DNA of 32,145 nucleotides from Candidatus Kaiserbacteria bacterium RIFOXYD1_FULL_42_15. GTDB taxonomy: Bacteria; Patescibacteriota; Minisyncoccia; Phycocordibacterales; UBA918. The stretch spans positions 29,408 through 61,552 of the forward strand of contig MFMT01000042.1 of the NCBI GenBank assembly GCA_001783565.1, given 5' to 3'. The translations under genes and the position numbers were made by a program. Shown piece by piece: positions 1 to 9,751 of the stretch (position 1 is the first letter of the stretch; the number at the start of each line of letters is the position of its first letter). A model generated the notes under the pieces. It had not been told where the DNA came from. It searched no databases and saw only the letters and a program-made list of their open reading frames with translations.

Positions 1-86
1 CAATAGGAGGACAATGAAATTGACCACGGATTAGAATCTGTAGTCAATCATTTCCATTAGAGTTAAGAACCATAAAGAAAGTAAAT

Positions 87-170
87 GCGTCGGTGGCAGA
101 GTGGTCAATTGCAACAGACTGTAAATCTGTCGGACATCGTCCTACGAAGGTTCAAATCCTTCCCGGCGCA
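87..170 (+). tRNA. tRNA-Tyr(GTA)
   Basis: Cloverleaf: acceptor GCGTCGG/CCGGCGC, anticodon arm ACAGA-CTGTAAA-TCTGT, long variable arm, T arm GAAGG-TTCAAAT-CCTTC, discriminator A; CCA not encoded. Confidence 0.96.
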
Positions 171-828
171 CAGTAACAAAAATCAGCTCAACTTTTTAGT
201 TGGGCGATTTTTTGTCTGTGCGCCGGGAGTGAGTGATTTAATATCACTCACGTAAGGATTTGAAGCCCGATTGAGCTGGATTATGAGTGAAGCGAAATAA
301 TCCAGCCAATTGGGGTACTGAACATGTAATGTTCAAATCCTTCCCGACGCACCAAATACCAAAACTCAAGCGACAGCTTGAGTTTTGTTGTATTTGGTAG
401 CGCCGGGAAGGATTTGAAAGACGAAGCCGGGGCCCCTCTGGGCCGGCGAGTCGGGGTCGAGCGAATGAGATATTTTGTGAATGAAATGAAACAAAATATC
501 CATGAGAGTGACCAAATCCTTCCCGACGCACGCGTATAAAAATCAGCTCAAGCTTTTGCTTGGGCGATTTTTATTGCGTGCGCCGGGAGCAAGCAAATAG
601 TTTTGCTTGCGTAAGGATTTGAAAGCCACAGCGATGTAGCTTTGCTACGAGCGAGGCGGGTGAGAAGTGATTTGACATCACTTCGCAAGACCTTGCCCGC
701 TATCTTTGAAGCGAAGCGAAAAGTAACGACAAGGTGTACAGAATTCGTAGAATTCGCGAACACTTTGTAGAATTGAACGTAGTGAAAATTATACTTAGTG
801 ATTCGTGTTCAAATCCTTCCCGGCGCAC
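171..828 (+). repeat. Array of tRNA-Tyr 3'-end copies (3 inverted, 3 direct) separated by palindromic modules
   Basis: Inverted copies at about 217-264, 400-418 and 578-623; direct copies (GTT)CAAATCCTTCCCG(A/G)CGCA at 331-354, 513-531 and 807-828. Confidence 0.93.
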
Positions 829-830
829 TC

Positions 831-865
831 TTGACATAAGTTTAACTTAAGTTAAACTTATGTCA
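831..865 (+). promoter_or_regulatory. Sigma70-type promoter covered by a perfect 34-bp palindrome (likely TA operator)
   Basis: TTGACA 831-836, 16-bp spacer, TAAACT 853-858, ATG at 865; 832-865 TGACATAAGTTTAACTTAAGTTAAACTTATGTCA is its own reverse complement. Confidence 0.75.
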
Positions 866-1131
866 TGAATACAAAAACAGACAAGGATATTGTCGGTCTT
901 AAAGAACTTCGTGAAAACATGGAGACTTATATAGAGCGCGTAAACAAAGGTGAATCAATCACCGTATTTCGTCGTTCTACTCCCCTGTTCCGTATCACTC
1001 CGATCGATGCTGAAGAAGGGGGTTGGGAAACTGTCATCGACTTCACCAAAGAATCAGGTCACGGAGTTCCGATAGAACAACTACTCGCCTCAATGAAAAA
1101 AATGCATGGACAGAAATCAAAAATTTCTTAA
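865..1131 (+). CDS. Phd/YefM-family antitoxin
   Basis: 88 aa; N-terminal 'IVGLKELRENMETYIERVNKGESITVFRRSTPLFRI' fits the Phd DNA-binding pattern; overlaps the downstream toxin-like gene. Confidence 0.8.
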   Translation: MNTKTDKDIVGLKELRENMETYIERVNKGESITVFRRSTPLFRITPIDAEEGGWETVIDFTKESGHGVPIEQLLASMKKMHGQKSKIS

Positions 1132-1348
1132 AAGGCTCAGTAATAAAGAATTTGATGCCGTAGAGCATATTCTACGGAAGATTTTAGTCAGAGACACCTC
1201 TAGTCTTGATATTAAAAAACTATCTAGTTATAAAGATGTGTACCGAGTTCGAATAGGAAGCATTCGTATTATCTTTCTAGACACGGGAAATCATACTGAG
1301 GTTTTAGAAATCAGCAGAAGGAGTGAGAAGACGTATAAAGATTTTTAG
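1106..1348 (+). CDS. RelE/ParE-family toxin
   Basis: 80 aa basic protein with 'IKKL...YRVRIGSIRIIF...VLEISRR', typical of RelE. Confidence 0.85.
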   Translation: MDRNQKFLKRLSNKEFDAVEHILRKILVRDTSSLDIKKLSSYKDVYRVRIGSIRIIFLDTGNHTEVLEISRRSEKTYKDF

Positions 1349-1492
1349 TCCTCCCCAAACAAAGTTGTCGAACCAACTCCAACCTCACTCTCACAAGTAA
1401 AACGAAAACACTATCATATATGTGTTTTCGTTTTAGAAATTTAACCGCTTCTGGTTTCGTAATTGAGTTTGATGTGGAATCAAATAGCAAAA

Positions 1493-1524
1493 CGTGGATT
1501 GCTTCGTTGTGACTCGCAAAGACG
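1493..1524 (+). repeat. Single arm of CGTC-type palindromic repeat
   Basis: CGTGGATTGCTTCGTTGTGACTCGCAAAGACG; same sequence at about 25964-25995 and near-identical at 14384 and 17268. Confidence 0.85.
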
Positions 1525-1737
1525 GTAAAAAATAACAACAGTAACGCCAATATGAATTCTTTCCACATAACCTCAGATACATATCTGTATTCCTTAATGA
1601 TAAAAGAAAGTACTAAATGTGTTTAGACATTACAAAAAATATTTTTGGCAAATATTCCCTAAATCAACTGTAACTCAAAAACCTGTAGAATAATGTATAA
1701 TTAACAATAGATTTGAACCAACGCCAGGGAGGGCGCT

Positions 1738-2244
1738 ATGAGGAAAATGTTTGTTTTTATTGTCCTTGCCTGGTTGCTTATGACAAACGCCACGAGTGCA
1801 TTGACAATAACAGAAGCGCAGAAATGTGCCGACCGACTGCTCGAAGCATACAACAGTCGTAGTTACCCCGGGAAAATGCTCATGCTCGAAGCCATCACTC
1901 AACGCACCTTCGGTATGTTGTACCGTTCGATGACTAATCAAGAAAAAGCAGAGGCCACAAAGGCCACAAAGCGGGTACTGCGTGAATCGTTTGAACAGCC
2001 GACTGGACAGTACCAGTACAAAGACCTGGTGGTTGGTCCTGTCGAAACTACCAAACATGGCTTCCGTATTAATGGCACAGTTCATATTACTTCACCGAAA
2101 TATACTGGAACGGCCTCATTCATGGCACTAGTGTATCCTGGTTGCAAGGTTGAACAGGCCCGCATTGGCAACATTTACGCTCTTGATATCGCTTTGCGGG
2201 AAATGCTCAAGAAGGAATCAAAATGGAGAGATATCCTTGGCTAA
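1738..2244 (+). CDS. Secreted protein, possibly MlaC/Ttg2D-like lipid shuttle
   Basis: N-terminal signal peptide, GGGAGG SD, downstream hairpin; segment 'LEAITQRTFGMLYRSMTNQEKAEATKATKRVL' resembles the MlaC helices (by eye only). Confidence 0.6.
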   Translation: MRKMFVFIVLAWLLMTNATSALTITEAQKCADRLLEAYNSRSYPGKMLMLEAITQRTFGMLYRSMTNQEKAEATKATKRVLRESFEQPTGQYQYKDLVVGPVETTKHGFRINGTVHITSPKYTGTASFMALVYPGCKVEQARIGNIYALDIALREMLKKESKWRDILG

Positions 2245-2300
2245 CAAAAGAACAAACCGGCCACGCCCAAAGGGCGCGGCCAATTTATTTATTATGCCAA

Positions 2301-5003
2301 TTAATTCACTATTACTTCTTTGGACTTTTTAATTACTTTCTTAGTTACCCCGTTCCCCGCTCGAGCGCGTTTTTTGACGTCAAAATCAAGCTCGCCTTTT
2401 TTCATATCAACCCTAACTGTACCACCACGCAACATCCCTTCGTTAATCATCAATGAAGCGACAGGTGTCAGAATCTTGCTTTGGATCACCCGCTTTAATG
2501 GCCTAGCGCCAAATTTTGGATCATAACCTTCCTTGGCTAAATAATCCATCACGGCATCGCTTACTGTCAAAGCAATTTCCTTACGGCGCAGACGTTCCAT
2601 TACCTCGGTAATTTGTAGACCAACTATACTGCGAATAGTTTCGGGAGAAAGGATGTCAAAGACAACAATCTCATCCAAGCGGTTGAGAAACTCCGGTCGG
2701 AAAAAATGTTTCAAACTTTCCAAAACCTTTTCCTTAGCTTGACTATATTGAGCCACTTCCCCATGTTCGACCGAGAAACCAAAATTTGACATCCGGTCAA
2801 TGTGTTCGGCCCCGATATTTGAAGTCATGATTATGACCGTGTTACGGAAATTAACTTTACGTCCCTTAGCATCAGTCAAATGACCGGAATCAAGCACCTG
2901 TAGTAAAATATTGAAGACTTCTGGATCGGCTTTTTCAATTTCATCTAGTAATATGACCGAGTAAGGACGGTGTCGGACACGCTCAGTAATATTGCCACTT
3001 TCTTCATGACCAACATACCCAGGTGGAGAACCAATAATTTTCGACACGGAGTGCTTTTCCATAAATTCAGACATATCAATCCGTATCAGTGCATCGGGGT
3101 CATTAAACATGAATTCCGCCACCGCCCGTGATAACTCTGTCTTTCCCACTCCGGTTGGTCCAAGGAATAAGAACGAACCAATCGGACGATTAGGGTCTGC
3201 AATACCAGCCCGTGACCGCTTGATAGCATTAGCGATTAAATTGATGGCGTTCTCTTGCCCAATCACTCGTTTCTTGAGTTCGTCTTCAATTCGAGAAAGC
3301 TTCTGCACCTCGGCTTCAAGCATGCGCGAGACTGGTATGCCCGTCCAACGCGACACCACGGTAGCAATGTCTTCTTCGGTCACCTCCTCTTTTAGTAATC
3401 GGCGACTACGCTGTAGCTTCTTCAACCTTTTCAGCTTAGTATCCAAGTCTCGTTCTAGGGAGGGAATGGTATCGTAGCGAATCTCAGCTGCTCGGGTTAA
3501 ATCAGCTCTCGCTTCGGCACTGTCGGACTCAAGACGCGTTTCCTCGAGCTCTTTCTTCAGCTTTCCAATTTCACCCAAGGCGTCTTTTTCGTTATTCCAT
3601 TTTGTTTCTAGGGCAGAAGTAGTCTCACGCAACTCACCGATTTCGTGATCAATTTCTTTGAGACGAACTTTAATACGTATTTTTTGTTCAGATATTTCTT
3701 TTTCTTTCTTAAGAGCTTCCCGCTCAATTTCCAAACGCCTAACTTGTCTGTCAGCATCAACTAATTCATCTGGTTTATTTTCCAGAGAAATACGTAAAGC
3801 GGCCGCCGCCTCGTCTATCAAGTCCACGGCCTTGTCGGGCAAAAATCTGTCGGTAATATAACGAGCCGATAAATTAACTGCCGCAATAATAGCGTCATCA
3901 GTTATTCTTACTCCATGGAATAATTCGTATTTTTCCGCAATACCACGCAAGATGGCTACAGTATCATCCTGACTTGGTTCATTAACAAACACCGGTTGAA
4001 ATCGTCTAGTGAGGGCCGGGTCACGTTCAATATGTTTTTGATACTCTTTTAACGTAGTGGCGCCAATGACTCGCATCTCTCCGCGCGCCAAAGCCGGCTT
4101 CAGCATATTAGAGGCGTCCATTGATCCCTCGGCTTGACCAGCACCAACAATAGTGTGAAGCTCATCAATAAAAAGAATTACCTGGCCGTGCGATCCTTCT
4201 ATTTCTTTCATAACGGCTTTTAGTCGTTCCTCAAATTCACCACGAAACTTTGTTCCAGCTATTAAGAGACCCAAGTCGAGTGATAAAATTTCCTTACCTT
4301 TGATTGACTCGGGGACTTGACCCTGGGCAATTTGTTGTGCCAAACCTTCGGCGATTGCTGTTTTACCAACACCCGCTTCCCCTATAAGGACGGGATTGTT
4401 TTTTGTACGGCGCGACAGAATTTGAATTACTCTTTGCACTTCCATGTCGCGACCAATGACTGGATCAAGTTTATTATCCTGAGCCAACTTTGTTAAATTT
4501 CTAGTGTACTTGGTTAGGGCTCTAAATTTCTTTGGTTGTTCGGCATCAGTGACTCGATGCTCACGAATTTCTTTAATGACCTCCAGCACTCTATTTTTAT
4601 CAAGACCAATCCGCAAGATCATTTCCGCCGCTGGACCAGGATGCTCAAGCACAGCCACAAATAGATGTTCGACTCCTACATACGAATCACCCAGTTGTTC
4701 CGCTAGATGCCCCGAATACTCTAATGATTTTGCCAGCTCTGGAGTTAGATATAGTTGGTATGATTGAGAAACATTAGAAGCAGATTCAGGATCCTCCAGT
4801 GCCTCAAGGAGTAAGTCGGTAAAAGCGATGACGTCAATATCAAGTTTATCGAGGACAGAAATTACCATACTCTCATCCTGCATGGAGAGTGAGGTTAGTA
4901 AATGAATCGGACTAACATGATTTTGACCACGTTCAATAGCGAGTTCATGGGCTTTCCTAATGGCCTCTTTAGCTTTAGTTGTAAAATTTTGAAAATTTGG
5001 CAT
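2301..5003 (-). CDS. clpB: ATP-dependent chaperone ClpB
   Basis: 900 aa; Clp N-domain, Walker A GEAGVGKT and GPTGVGKT, long coiled-coil middle domain, GARPLKR sensor. Confidence 0.95.
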   Translation of the reverse strand: MPNFQNFTTKAKEAIRKAHELAIERGQNHVSPIHLLTSLSMQDESMVISVLDKLDIDVIAFTDLLLEALEDPESASNVSQSYQLYLTPELAKSLEYSGHLAEQLGDSYVGVEHLFVAVLEHPGPAAEMILRIGLDKNRVLEVIKEIREHRVTDAEQPKKFRALTKYTRNLTKLAQDNKLDPVIGRDMEVQRVIQILSRRTKNNPVLIGEAGVGKTAIAEGLAQQIAQGQVPESIKGKEILSLDLGLLIAGTKFRGEFEERLKAVMKEIEGSHGQVILFIDELHTIVGAGQAEGSMDASNMLKPALARGEMRVIGATTLKEYQKHIERDPALTRRFQPVFVNEPSQDDTVAILRGIAEKYELFHGVRITDDAIIAAVNLSARYITDRFLPDKAVDLIDEAAAALRISLENKPDELVDADRQVRRLEIEREALKKEKEISEQKIRIKVRLKEIDHEIGELRETTSALETKWNNEKDALGEIGKLKKELEETRLESDSAEARADLTRAAEIRYDTIPSLERDLDTKLKRLKKLQRSRRLLKEEVTEEDIATVVSRWTGIPVSRMLEAEVQKLSRIEDELKKRVIGQENAINLIANAIKRSRAGIADPNRPIGSFLFLGPTGVGKTELSRAVAEFMFNDPDALIRIDMSEFMEKHSVSKIIGSPPGYVGHEESGNITERVRHRPYSVILLDEIEKADPEVFNILLQVLDSGHLTDAKGRKVNFRNTVIIMTSNIGAEHIDRMSNFGFSVEHGEVAQYSQAKEKVLESLKHFFRPEFLNRLDEIVVFDILSPETIRSIVGLQITEVMERLRRKEIALTVSDAVMDYLAKEGYDPKFGARPLKRVIQSKILTPVASLMINEGMLRGGTVRVDMKKGELDFDVKKRARAGNGVTKKVIKKSKEVIVN

Positions 5004-5214
5004 AGTCGAATTGTCTTATATTATTTTCACCTCTCTTCACTCAGTAATTATATTTCTTTCAGACACCAAGGGTGACGGTCTGTGACCGATTACTCTATAA
5101 TGCAATATATGGACGTCGCTGTCAAAAAATAGCTGGCCACCGTTGGTAATTAATATTTTATTAACTATAAGGTTCAGATTATTAGTAACTAATAGTGATG
5201 TTTAGAAACGACAT

Positions 5215-5498
5215 GGATTGCCACACTGCGGTTCGCAAAGACGGACGGTGACGTTCATCGTCTTTGCGAGGAGGGAGCCCGCAGGCGAGGGACGTGGCAA
5301 TCCAGGGTGACGGGGCGATGTGGACGGACGATGGCGGGCGTGGATTGCCATGCCTCGCAAAGACGGACGGTGGTGACGGACGTTCTTTGTCTTTGCGAGT
5401 GAGAAAAACATACTATGCTTTTCTCACTCGCAAAGACGCATTGGTGTATATACCAAAAATCAATATAGGTCGTCATTGCGAGCAAAGCGCGGCAATCC
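5215..5498 (+). repeat. Cluster of CGTC-type REP-like palindromic repeats
   Basis: Alternating arms GGATTGCC...TCGCAAAGACG and CGTC(T/A)TTGCGAG...G(T/C)GGCAATCC. Confidence 0.88.
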
Positions 5499-5529
5499 AG
5501 AGTTGGTGTGACGTCACAGATTGCTTCCC

Positions 5530-5612
5530 TACAGATGAACGAATGAGTGTCGTAAAAATAAGACGTAACGTAGTGTAGTTTTATTTTTACGACCGAGTGA
5601 GTGAAATCTGTA
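5530..5612 (+). repeat. Long hairpin with three tandem GA/GA mismatches
   Basis: TACAGAT-GA-AC-GA-AT-GA-G.. 16-bp stem 5549-5564/5578-5593 ..C-GA-GT-GA-GT-GAA-ATCTGTA. Confidence 0.75.
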
Positions 5613-5642
5613 TGTTAATACAGGGACTGTTCAGGTTGTAAG

Positions 5643-6863
5643 CTAAAGTTTCTTTAGCTCCTCAACATGTTTAGCCAAAATTGCCACAGTTTTATCAAGT
5701 TCCGCTTTGGTGGTGTCTTCACCTAAAGTAAACCTGAGGGTAGAAGTGGCCCGAATAGAATCTCCTGAAATCGCCTTCACTACCGTACTTTCCCCACCCC
5801 CAGCGGCACTACAAGCACTTCTAGTACTAGCCGAAACCCCATGAGTATCAAGCATCACTACCGCAAATTCACTATCAATACCCGGGATAGAAACATTGAC
5901 ATTGTTAGCCACCCTTTTTTCACCAACTGATCCATTTACGATACATCCTGAAATTTCATTTGTTAATTTTGCCATAAAATAATCTCGCAAGTTCCTAACT
6001 GATTCACTGCGTGATAAATATGATTGCTGGGCTATCTCTAGCGCTTTAACACCACCAACGATTTGAGCCAATGGCTCGGTTCCGGGGCGAAGACCGTTTT
6101 CTTGGCCACCACCAAAAGTGATAGCTTCTAATTTTATCCCTTTTCCGCATGCTAAAATCCCGACACCTTTAGGGCCACCAAATTTTCCAGCATCCAAAGA
6201 CATTAGATTAATCTTATGACGAGGTAATTCGCACGGTAACCACAATGGTGCCTGGGAAGCATCGATAAATAACAAAACGTGTTGCCCAAGCGCTTGCTCC
6301 TGCTCCAACACCCGACTTACTGCCCCGATATCCTCAATTGTGCCAATTTCACTATTCACGTACGATATGCAAACTAGAATAGTTTGTTCATTGATCAAAC
6401 CCCTAAGTTCCGAAAGGATGACCTGTCCTCCAGCATCGACAGAAACATAATGAATCTTGACTCCTTTCCTCGATAAATATACCAAGGTCTTCTCTGTAGC
6501 CGGGTGTTCAATTTTAGTGGTAATAATTTCCATTTGATTCATAGGTGTTCCATCTCTTCTTTTGGTGGACACAACTCCCCTGATGGCTAAATTATTACTT
6601 TCCGTTCCTCCACTAGTGAAGGTCACCCCGGCTGGTTGGATTTGCAAAATCTGTGCCACCTTGGAGCGGGCTTCATGAAGGGCATTCTTGGCTTCTTGAC
6701 CCTCAAGATGAATGGAGCTCGCATTGCCAAAATTATCAACCAGAAAAGGAGTCATGGCTTTAACAGCTTCTTTGTACATCGGCATAGCTGAAGCATAATC
6801 CAAATAGATTCTAGTAAGCTTAGATGTGGTTAAACCCTTTTTTATATTTTTCAAAAATGACAT
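5643..6863 (-). CDS. iscS: Cysteine desulfurase (NifS/IscS family)
   Basis: IYLDYA, FTSGGTESNN, EH, PLP-lysine region 'DAGKFGGPKGVG', GGGQE-GLR-GT, catalytic 'SACS'. Confidence 0.92.
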   Translation of the reverse strand: MSFLKNIKKGLTTSKLTRIYLDYASAMPMYKEAVKAMTPFLVDNFGNASSIHLEGQEAKNALHEARSKVAQILQIQPAGVTFTSGGTESNNLAIRGVVSTKRRDGTPMNQMEIITTKIEHPATEKTLVYLSRKGVKIHYVSVDAGGQVILSELRGLINEQTILVCISYVNSEIGTIEDIGAVSRVLEQEQALGQHVLLFIDASQAPLWLPCELPRHKINLMSLDAGKFGGPKGVGILACGKGIKLEAITFGGGQENGLRPGTEPLAQIVGGVKALEIAQQSYLSRSESVRNLRDYFMAKLTNEISGCIVNGSVGEKRVANNVNVSIPGIDSEFAVVMLDTHGVSASTRSACSAAGGGESTVVKAISGDSIRATSTLRFTLGEDTTKAELDKTVAILAKHVEELKKL

Positions 6864-6965
6864 GCTGAAATCATGACATGGGGTGTAATATATGTAAATA
6901 TCTGCTATACTCGCAGGACTAATTTACCAACGTGGGCTGCCGTGGCATTTTTATATCAAATTACT

Positions 6966-8465
6966 ATGACAAAAAATACTAAAACCAACACTCCGAATAT
7001 GACCAAGCGACCACCAATTGTGGTGGTTATGGGTCATATTGACCATGGCAAATCAACTCTTTTAGACTTTATTCGAAAAAGCCATGTGGTTGATAGTGAG
7101 ACTGGAGGTATCACTCAACATCTTTCCGCCTATGTGGTACCACACACTACCAAAGATGGCACCAATGAATCAATCACCTTCCTAGACACTCCCGGACACG
7201 CCGCTTTCCAAAAAATGCGTCTTCGTGGTGCTGATGTGGCCGATATCGCCGTCTTAGTAGTGTCTGCCGAAGACGGAGTAAAACCCCAAACCCTTGAAGC
7301 CCTTGAATCTATTAAGCAGGCAGGCATTCCCTTTATTGTTGCCATTAATAAAATTGACAAACCAGGGGCTGACATTTCCAAAACCCAAGCCAGCCTAATT
7401 GAACACGAAATATATATTGAAGGTATGGGGGGAGATATTCCATGGGCCCCCATCTCAGCCAAGGTCGGTACTGGTGTCTCAGAATTGTTGGACTTAATTA
7501 TTCTAGCCGCCGATATGACCGAACTCAAAGGCGATCAGAATGCACCGGCCGAAGGGATTATCATTGAAGGAAAGCTGGACCAAAAAAGAGGCAGTACCGC
7601 CACTCTAATTATCACTAATGGGACCCTCAAGAGTGGTCAGTTCATTGTTTCTGGTACCAGTTTTGCTCCAGTGAGAATTATGGAAGATGCCACTGGCAAA
7701 ACTATAAAAGAAGCTACTCTTTCAACCCCAGTCGGGATTGTTGGTTGGAGTACTATCCCTAAAGCCGGAAGTCAGTTTTATACCGTAGGCAGTAAGAAAG
7801 AAGCCGAGGTGGCCATCTTAGCAACAATCGCTCCGATTGTAACAGACCATAAAAAAAGCGGACTTCCCACTATCCCAGTCCTTATCAAGGCGGACGTCCT
7901 CGGTACCCTAGACGCGATTGAGCATGAACTAAACGCCTTTAAGTCTGAGCGTATCAGTGTGCGCATTATTGATACTGGTGTCGGACCAATTTCCGAGAAT
8001 GACGTTCAGGCCGTCAGTGCCACAAAAGACGCCATCATTGTTGGATTTAATGTAAAAGTGGAAAGAGGAGCAGTTGACATGGCCGAACGTCTTGGGGTTG
8101 AAATAAATACTTTTGATATTATTTATGAACTGTCCGAGTGGCTCAATACCGCTCTTAAAAATCGCACCCCAAAAAAAGAAGAAAGTGTTATTACTGGTCA
8201 TGCTAAAGTATTGAAACATTTTAGCACCCAAAAATACATTCATGTTCTTGGTGGTCGGATTGAAGATGGCGTTCTCAAACTTGGGCAAAGTGTTCGTATT
8301 CTACGTCGCGAGATTGAAGTGGCTAAAGGCATGGTTAAGAATCTTCAACAACAAAAGTCTGATGTTAAGCAAGTGAACGATGGTGAATTTGGTATGCAGA
8401 TTTATTCTAAAAACGAAATCGCTCCCGGAGATATAGTTGAAGGTTTTGAAATTGTGGTTTCATAA
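6966..8465 (+). CDS. infB: Translation initiation factor IF-2 (short form lacking the large N-domain)
   Basis: [39 protein letters not shown] motifs; start moved to ATG 6966 because a TGnTATACT promoter lies at 6903-6911. Confidence 0.95.
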   Translation: MTKNTKTNTPNMTKRPPIVVVMGHIDHGKSTLLDFIRKSHVVDSETGGITQHLSAYVVPHTTKDGTNESITFLDTPGHAAFQKMRLRGADVADIAVLVVSAEDGVKPQTLEALESIKQAGIPFIVAINKIDKPGADISKTQASLIEHEIYIEGMGGDIPWAPISAKVGTGVSELLDLIILAADMTELKGDQNAPAEGIIIEGKLDQKRGSTATLIITNGTLKSGQFIVSGTSFAPVRIMEDATGKTIKEATLSTPVGIVGWSTIPKAGSQFYTVGSKKEAEVAILATIAPIVTDHKKSGLPTIPVLIKADVLGTLDAIEHELNAFKSERISVRIIDTGVGPISENDVQAVSATKDAIIVGFNVKVERGAVDMAERLGVEINTFDIIYELSEWLNTALKNRTPKKEESVITGHAKVLKHFSTQKYIHVLGGRIEDGVLKLGQSVRILRREIEVAKGMVKNLQQQKSDVKQVNDGEFGMQIYSKNEIAPGDIVEGFEIVVS

Positions 8466-8466
8466 T

Positions 8467-8847
8467 ATGGAAATAAAACCCATTACTTTTGATAGACATG
8501 ACCGAGCGGCTTCTTTAATTAAAGAAATAGTAGCCACCTTCATTCAACAAGAGGCAAATCCCAATCCTCTTATTACCGTAACTCACGTTACTGTTTCTCC
8601 AGATTATCGAAAAGTGACAGTGTTTTTTACCACCATCCCTGACGGTCGCGAAGAAGATGCTTTAATTTTCCTCAAGCGCAGTGCTAATGAGATGCGCGGA
8701 TTTGTGAAGAAAAAAAGTAGTTTAAGAATTATTCCCCACTTGGAATTCTCAATAGACTACGGCGAACGACATCGCCAACACATCGATGAGATTGCCCACG
8801 AGATTGAGCACAGTGATGCCGACACCCCTACAGAACCAACCACCTAG
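8467..8847 (+). CDS. rbfA: Ribosome-binding factor A
   Basis: 'ITVTHVTVSPDYRKVTVFFT' and 'LRIIPHLEFSID'; directly after infB. Confidence 0.92.
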   Translation: MEIKPITFDRHDRAASLIKEIVATFIQQEANPNPLITVTHVTVSPDYRKVTVFFTTIPDGREEDALIFLKRSANEMRGFVKKKSSLRIIPHLEFSIDYGERHRQHIDEIAHEIEHSDADTPTEPTT

Positions 8848-8874
8848 GACATCCGATGTCCTAGGTGGTTGGTT
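8834..8874. repeat. Palindrome with 20-bp perfect arms overlapping the rbfA stop
   Basis: AACCAACCACCTAGGACATC-C-GATGTCCTAGGTGGTTGGTT. Confidence 0.9.
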
Positions 8875-8932
8875 GTACAGCTTGATATCTTTTGTCTATA
8901 GCGACCAAAAATGCTAAAGTAATACGCGACCA

Positions 8933-9005
8933 GTCCTGGTGGCGAAGTGGTTAACGCTACGGTTTGCAAAACCGTCATTCGTGGGTTCGACTCCCACCCA
9001 GGACT
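8933..9005 (+). tRNA. tRNA-Cys(GCA)
   Basis: Acceptor GTCCTGG/CCAGGAC, anticodon arm ACGGT-TTGCAAA-ACCGT, T arm GTGGG-TTCGACT-CCCAC, U discriminator. Confidence 0.96.
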
Positions 9006-9199
9006 CATTTATATAAAAACGTACATTCGTACGTTTTTATATAAATGAGTCCTGGGAGTTGTGTGCCTGCGCACACAACGTTGGGAATCGAACAGCGGAG
9101 TTATGTTTTCTCCTCTTCCCTAGAGGAGAAAACAGACGAGCTGCGTCCAGCGTTCTTATGAGCGTCAGCAAATTAGAAAAAGAGGGACGATTTCCACCA
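8997..9199 (+). repeat. tRNA-Cys 3'-end inverted copy, module and degenerate direct copy
   Basis: Perfect 28-bp inverted repeat 8997-9024/9029-9056; inverted T arm TGGGAATCGAA 9082-9092; degenerate direct copy CGATTTCCACCA 9188-9199. Confidence 0.85.
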
Positions 9200-9245
9200 T
9201 AAAACAGAATCAAATTTGAAGTAAATCTAGAAAGGAGTTCCCCTT

Positions 9246-9329
9246 GCCGGGATGGTGTAATCGGTAGCCACGCAAGACTTAAAATTTTGTGGGCGCAAGC
9301 CCGTGCGGGTTCAAGTCCCGCTCCCGGCA
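9246..9329 (+). tRNA. tRNA-Leu(TAA)
   Basis: Acceptor GCCGGGA/TCCCGGC, anticodon loop CTTAAAA, long variable arm, T arm GCGGG-TTCAAGT-CCCGC. Confidence 0.95.
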
Positions 9330-9675
9330 CAATGTAATAGTACGTCAGATTTTTATCTGGCGTACTATTACATTTGCCCCAGGGACTTGAAGAGGTTGCC
9401 TGCTAGATTATGAGCTAGCGAAATAATCTAGCGACAACCTGTACTGAACTCGTAGAGTTCAAGTCCCGCTCCCGGCACAAATTAAAAACTATCATTCTTG
9501 AGAGTTTTTAATTTGTGCCGGGAAGAAAGCAAACTGCTTTGCTTTCGGGCGGGACTTGAAAGGCGGAGCGACGTGAGTTTACGAACAAGCGAGCCAGGGT
9601 CGTGAGCGATATATTTTTAAGGAGTTCACGACTATAAAAATAATCGACTCCTGACCAAGTCCCGCTCCCGGCACA
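9330..9675 (+). repeat. Array of tRNA-Leu(TAA) 3'-end copies (2 inverted, 2 direct)
   Basis: Inverted 9376-9391 (degenerate) and 9514-9560; direct 9457-9479 and 9656-9675 (CAAGTCCCGCTCCCGGCACA). Confidence 0.92.
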
Positions 9676-9751
9676 AAGTATTATTAAGAATATATAGATA
9701 GGTTGTCTAATTTAAATTTATCTTGTACACTTTGCTCTACCAAATATATAT

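Noticed and set aside
265-334. Hammerhead or hairpin ribozyme in the three-way-junction module
   Set aside because: I could not place the hammerhead core (CUGANGA...GAAA) or hairpin-ribozyme loops on either strand; a covariance search would settle it.
244-763. ORFs 244-531 and 548-763 (minus strand)
   Set aside because: They lie wholly within the palindromic array and have no protein-like features.
151-828. Prophage or genomic island integrated at tRNA-Tyr (attL/attR)
   Set aside because: Direct copies are under 300 bp apart, alternate with inverted copies, and there is no integrase or cargo between them.
171-828. CRISPR array
   Set aside because: Repeats are tRNA-derived, alternate in orientation, spacers are irregular and themselves repeated elsewhere, and no cas genes are present.
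5004-5200. CIRCE or CtsR heat-shock operator upstream of clpB
   Set aside because: No TTAGCACTC-N9-GAGTGCTAA or CtsR heptad repeat is visible; only a plausible minus-strand TTGACA-17-CATTAT promoter.
5202-5578. Short ORFs over repeat clusters (also 10825-11049, 14305-14511, 17237-17570, 21514-21805, 25874-26372, 30265-30522)
   Set aside because: Their shared peptides (e.g. WIATS, LCESQRSNPR) are translations of the DNA repeat and occur in both orientations and different frames.
6873-6965. Longer N-termini given by the ORF track for infB (also rbfA 8437, rpsA 21762, rpsU 26622, 12351 gene)
   Set aside because: The extensions overlap promoters, leaders or upstream genes; downstream ATGs fit better.
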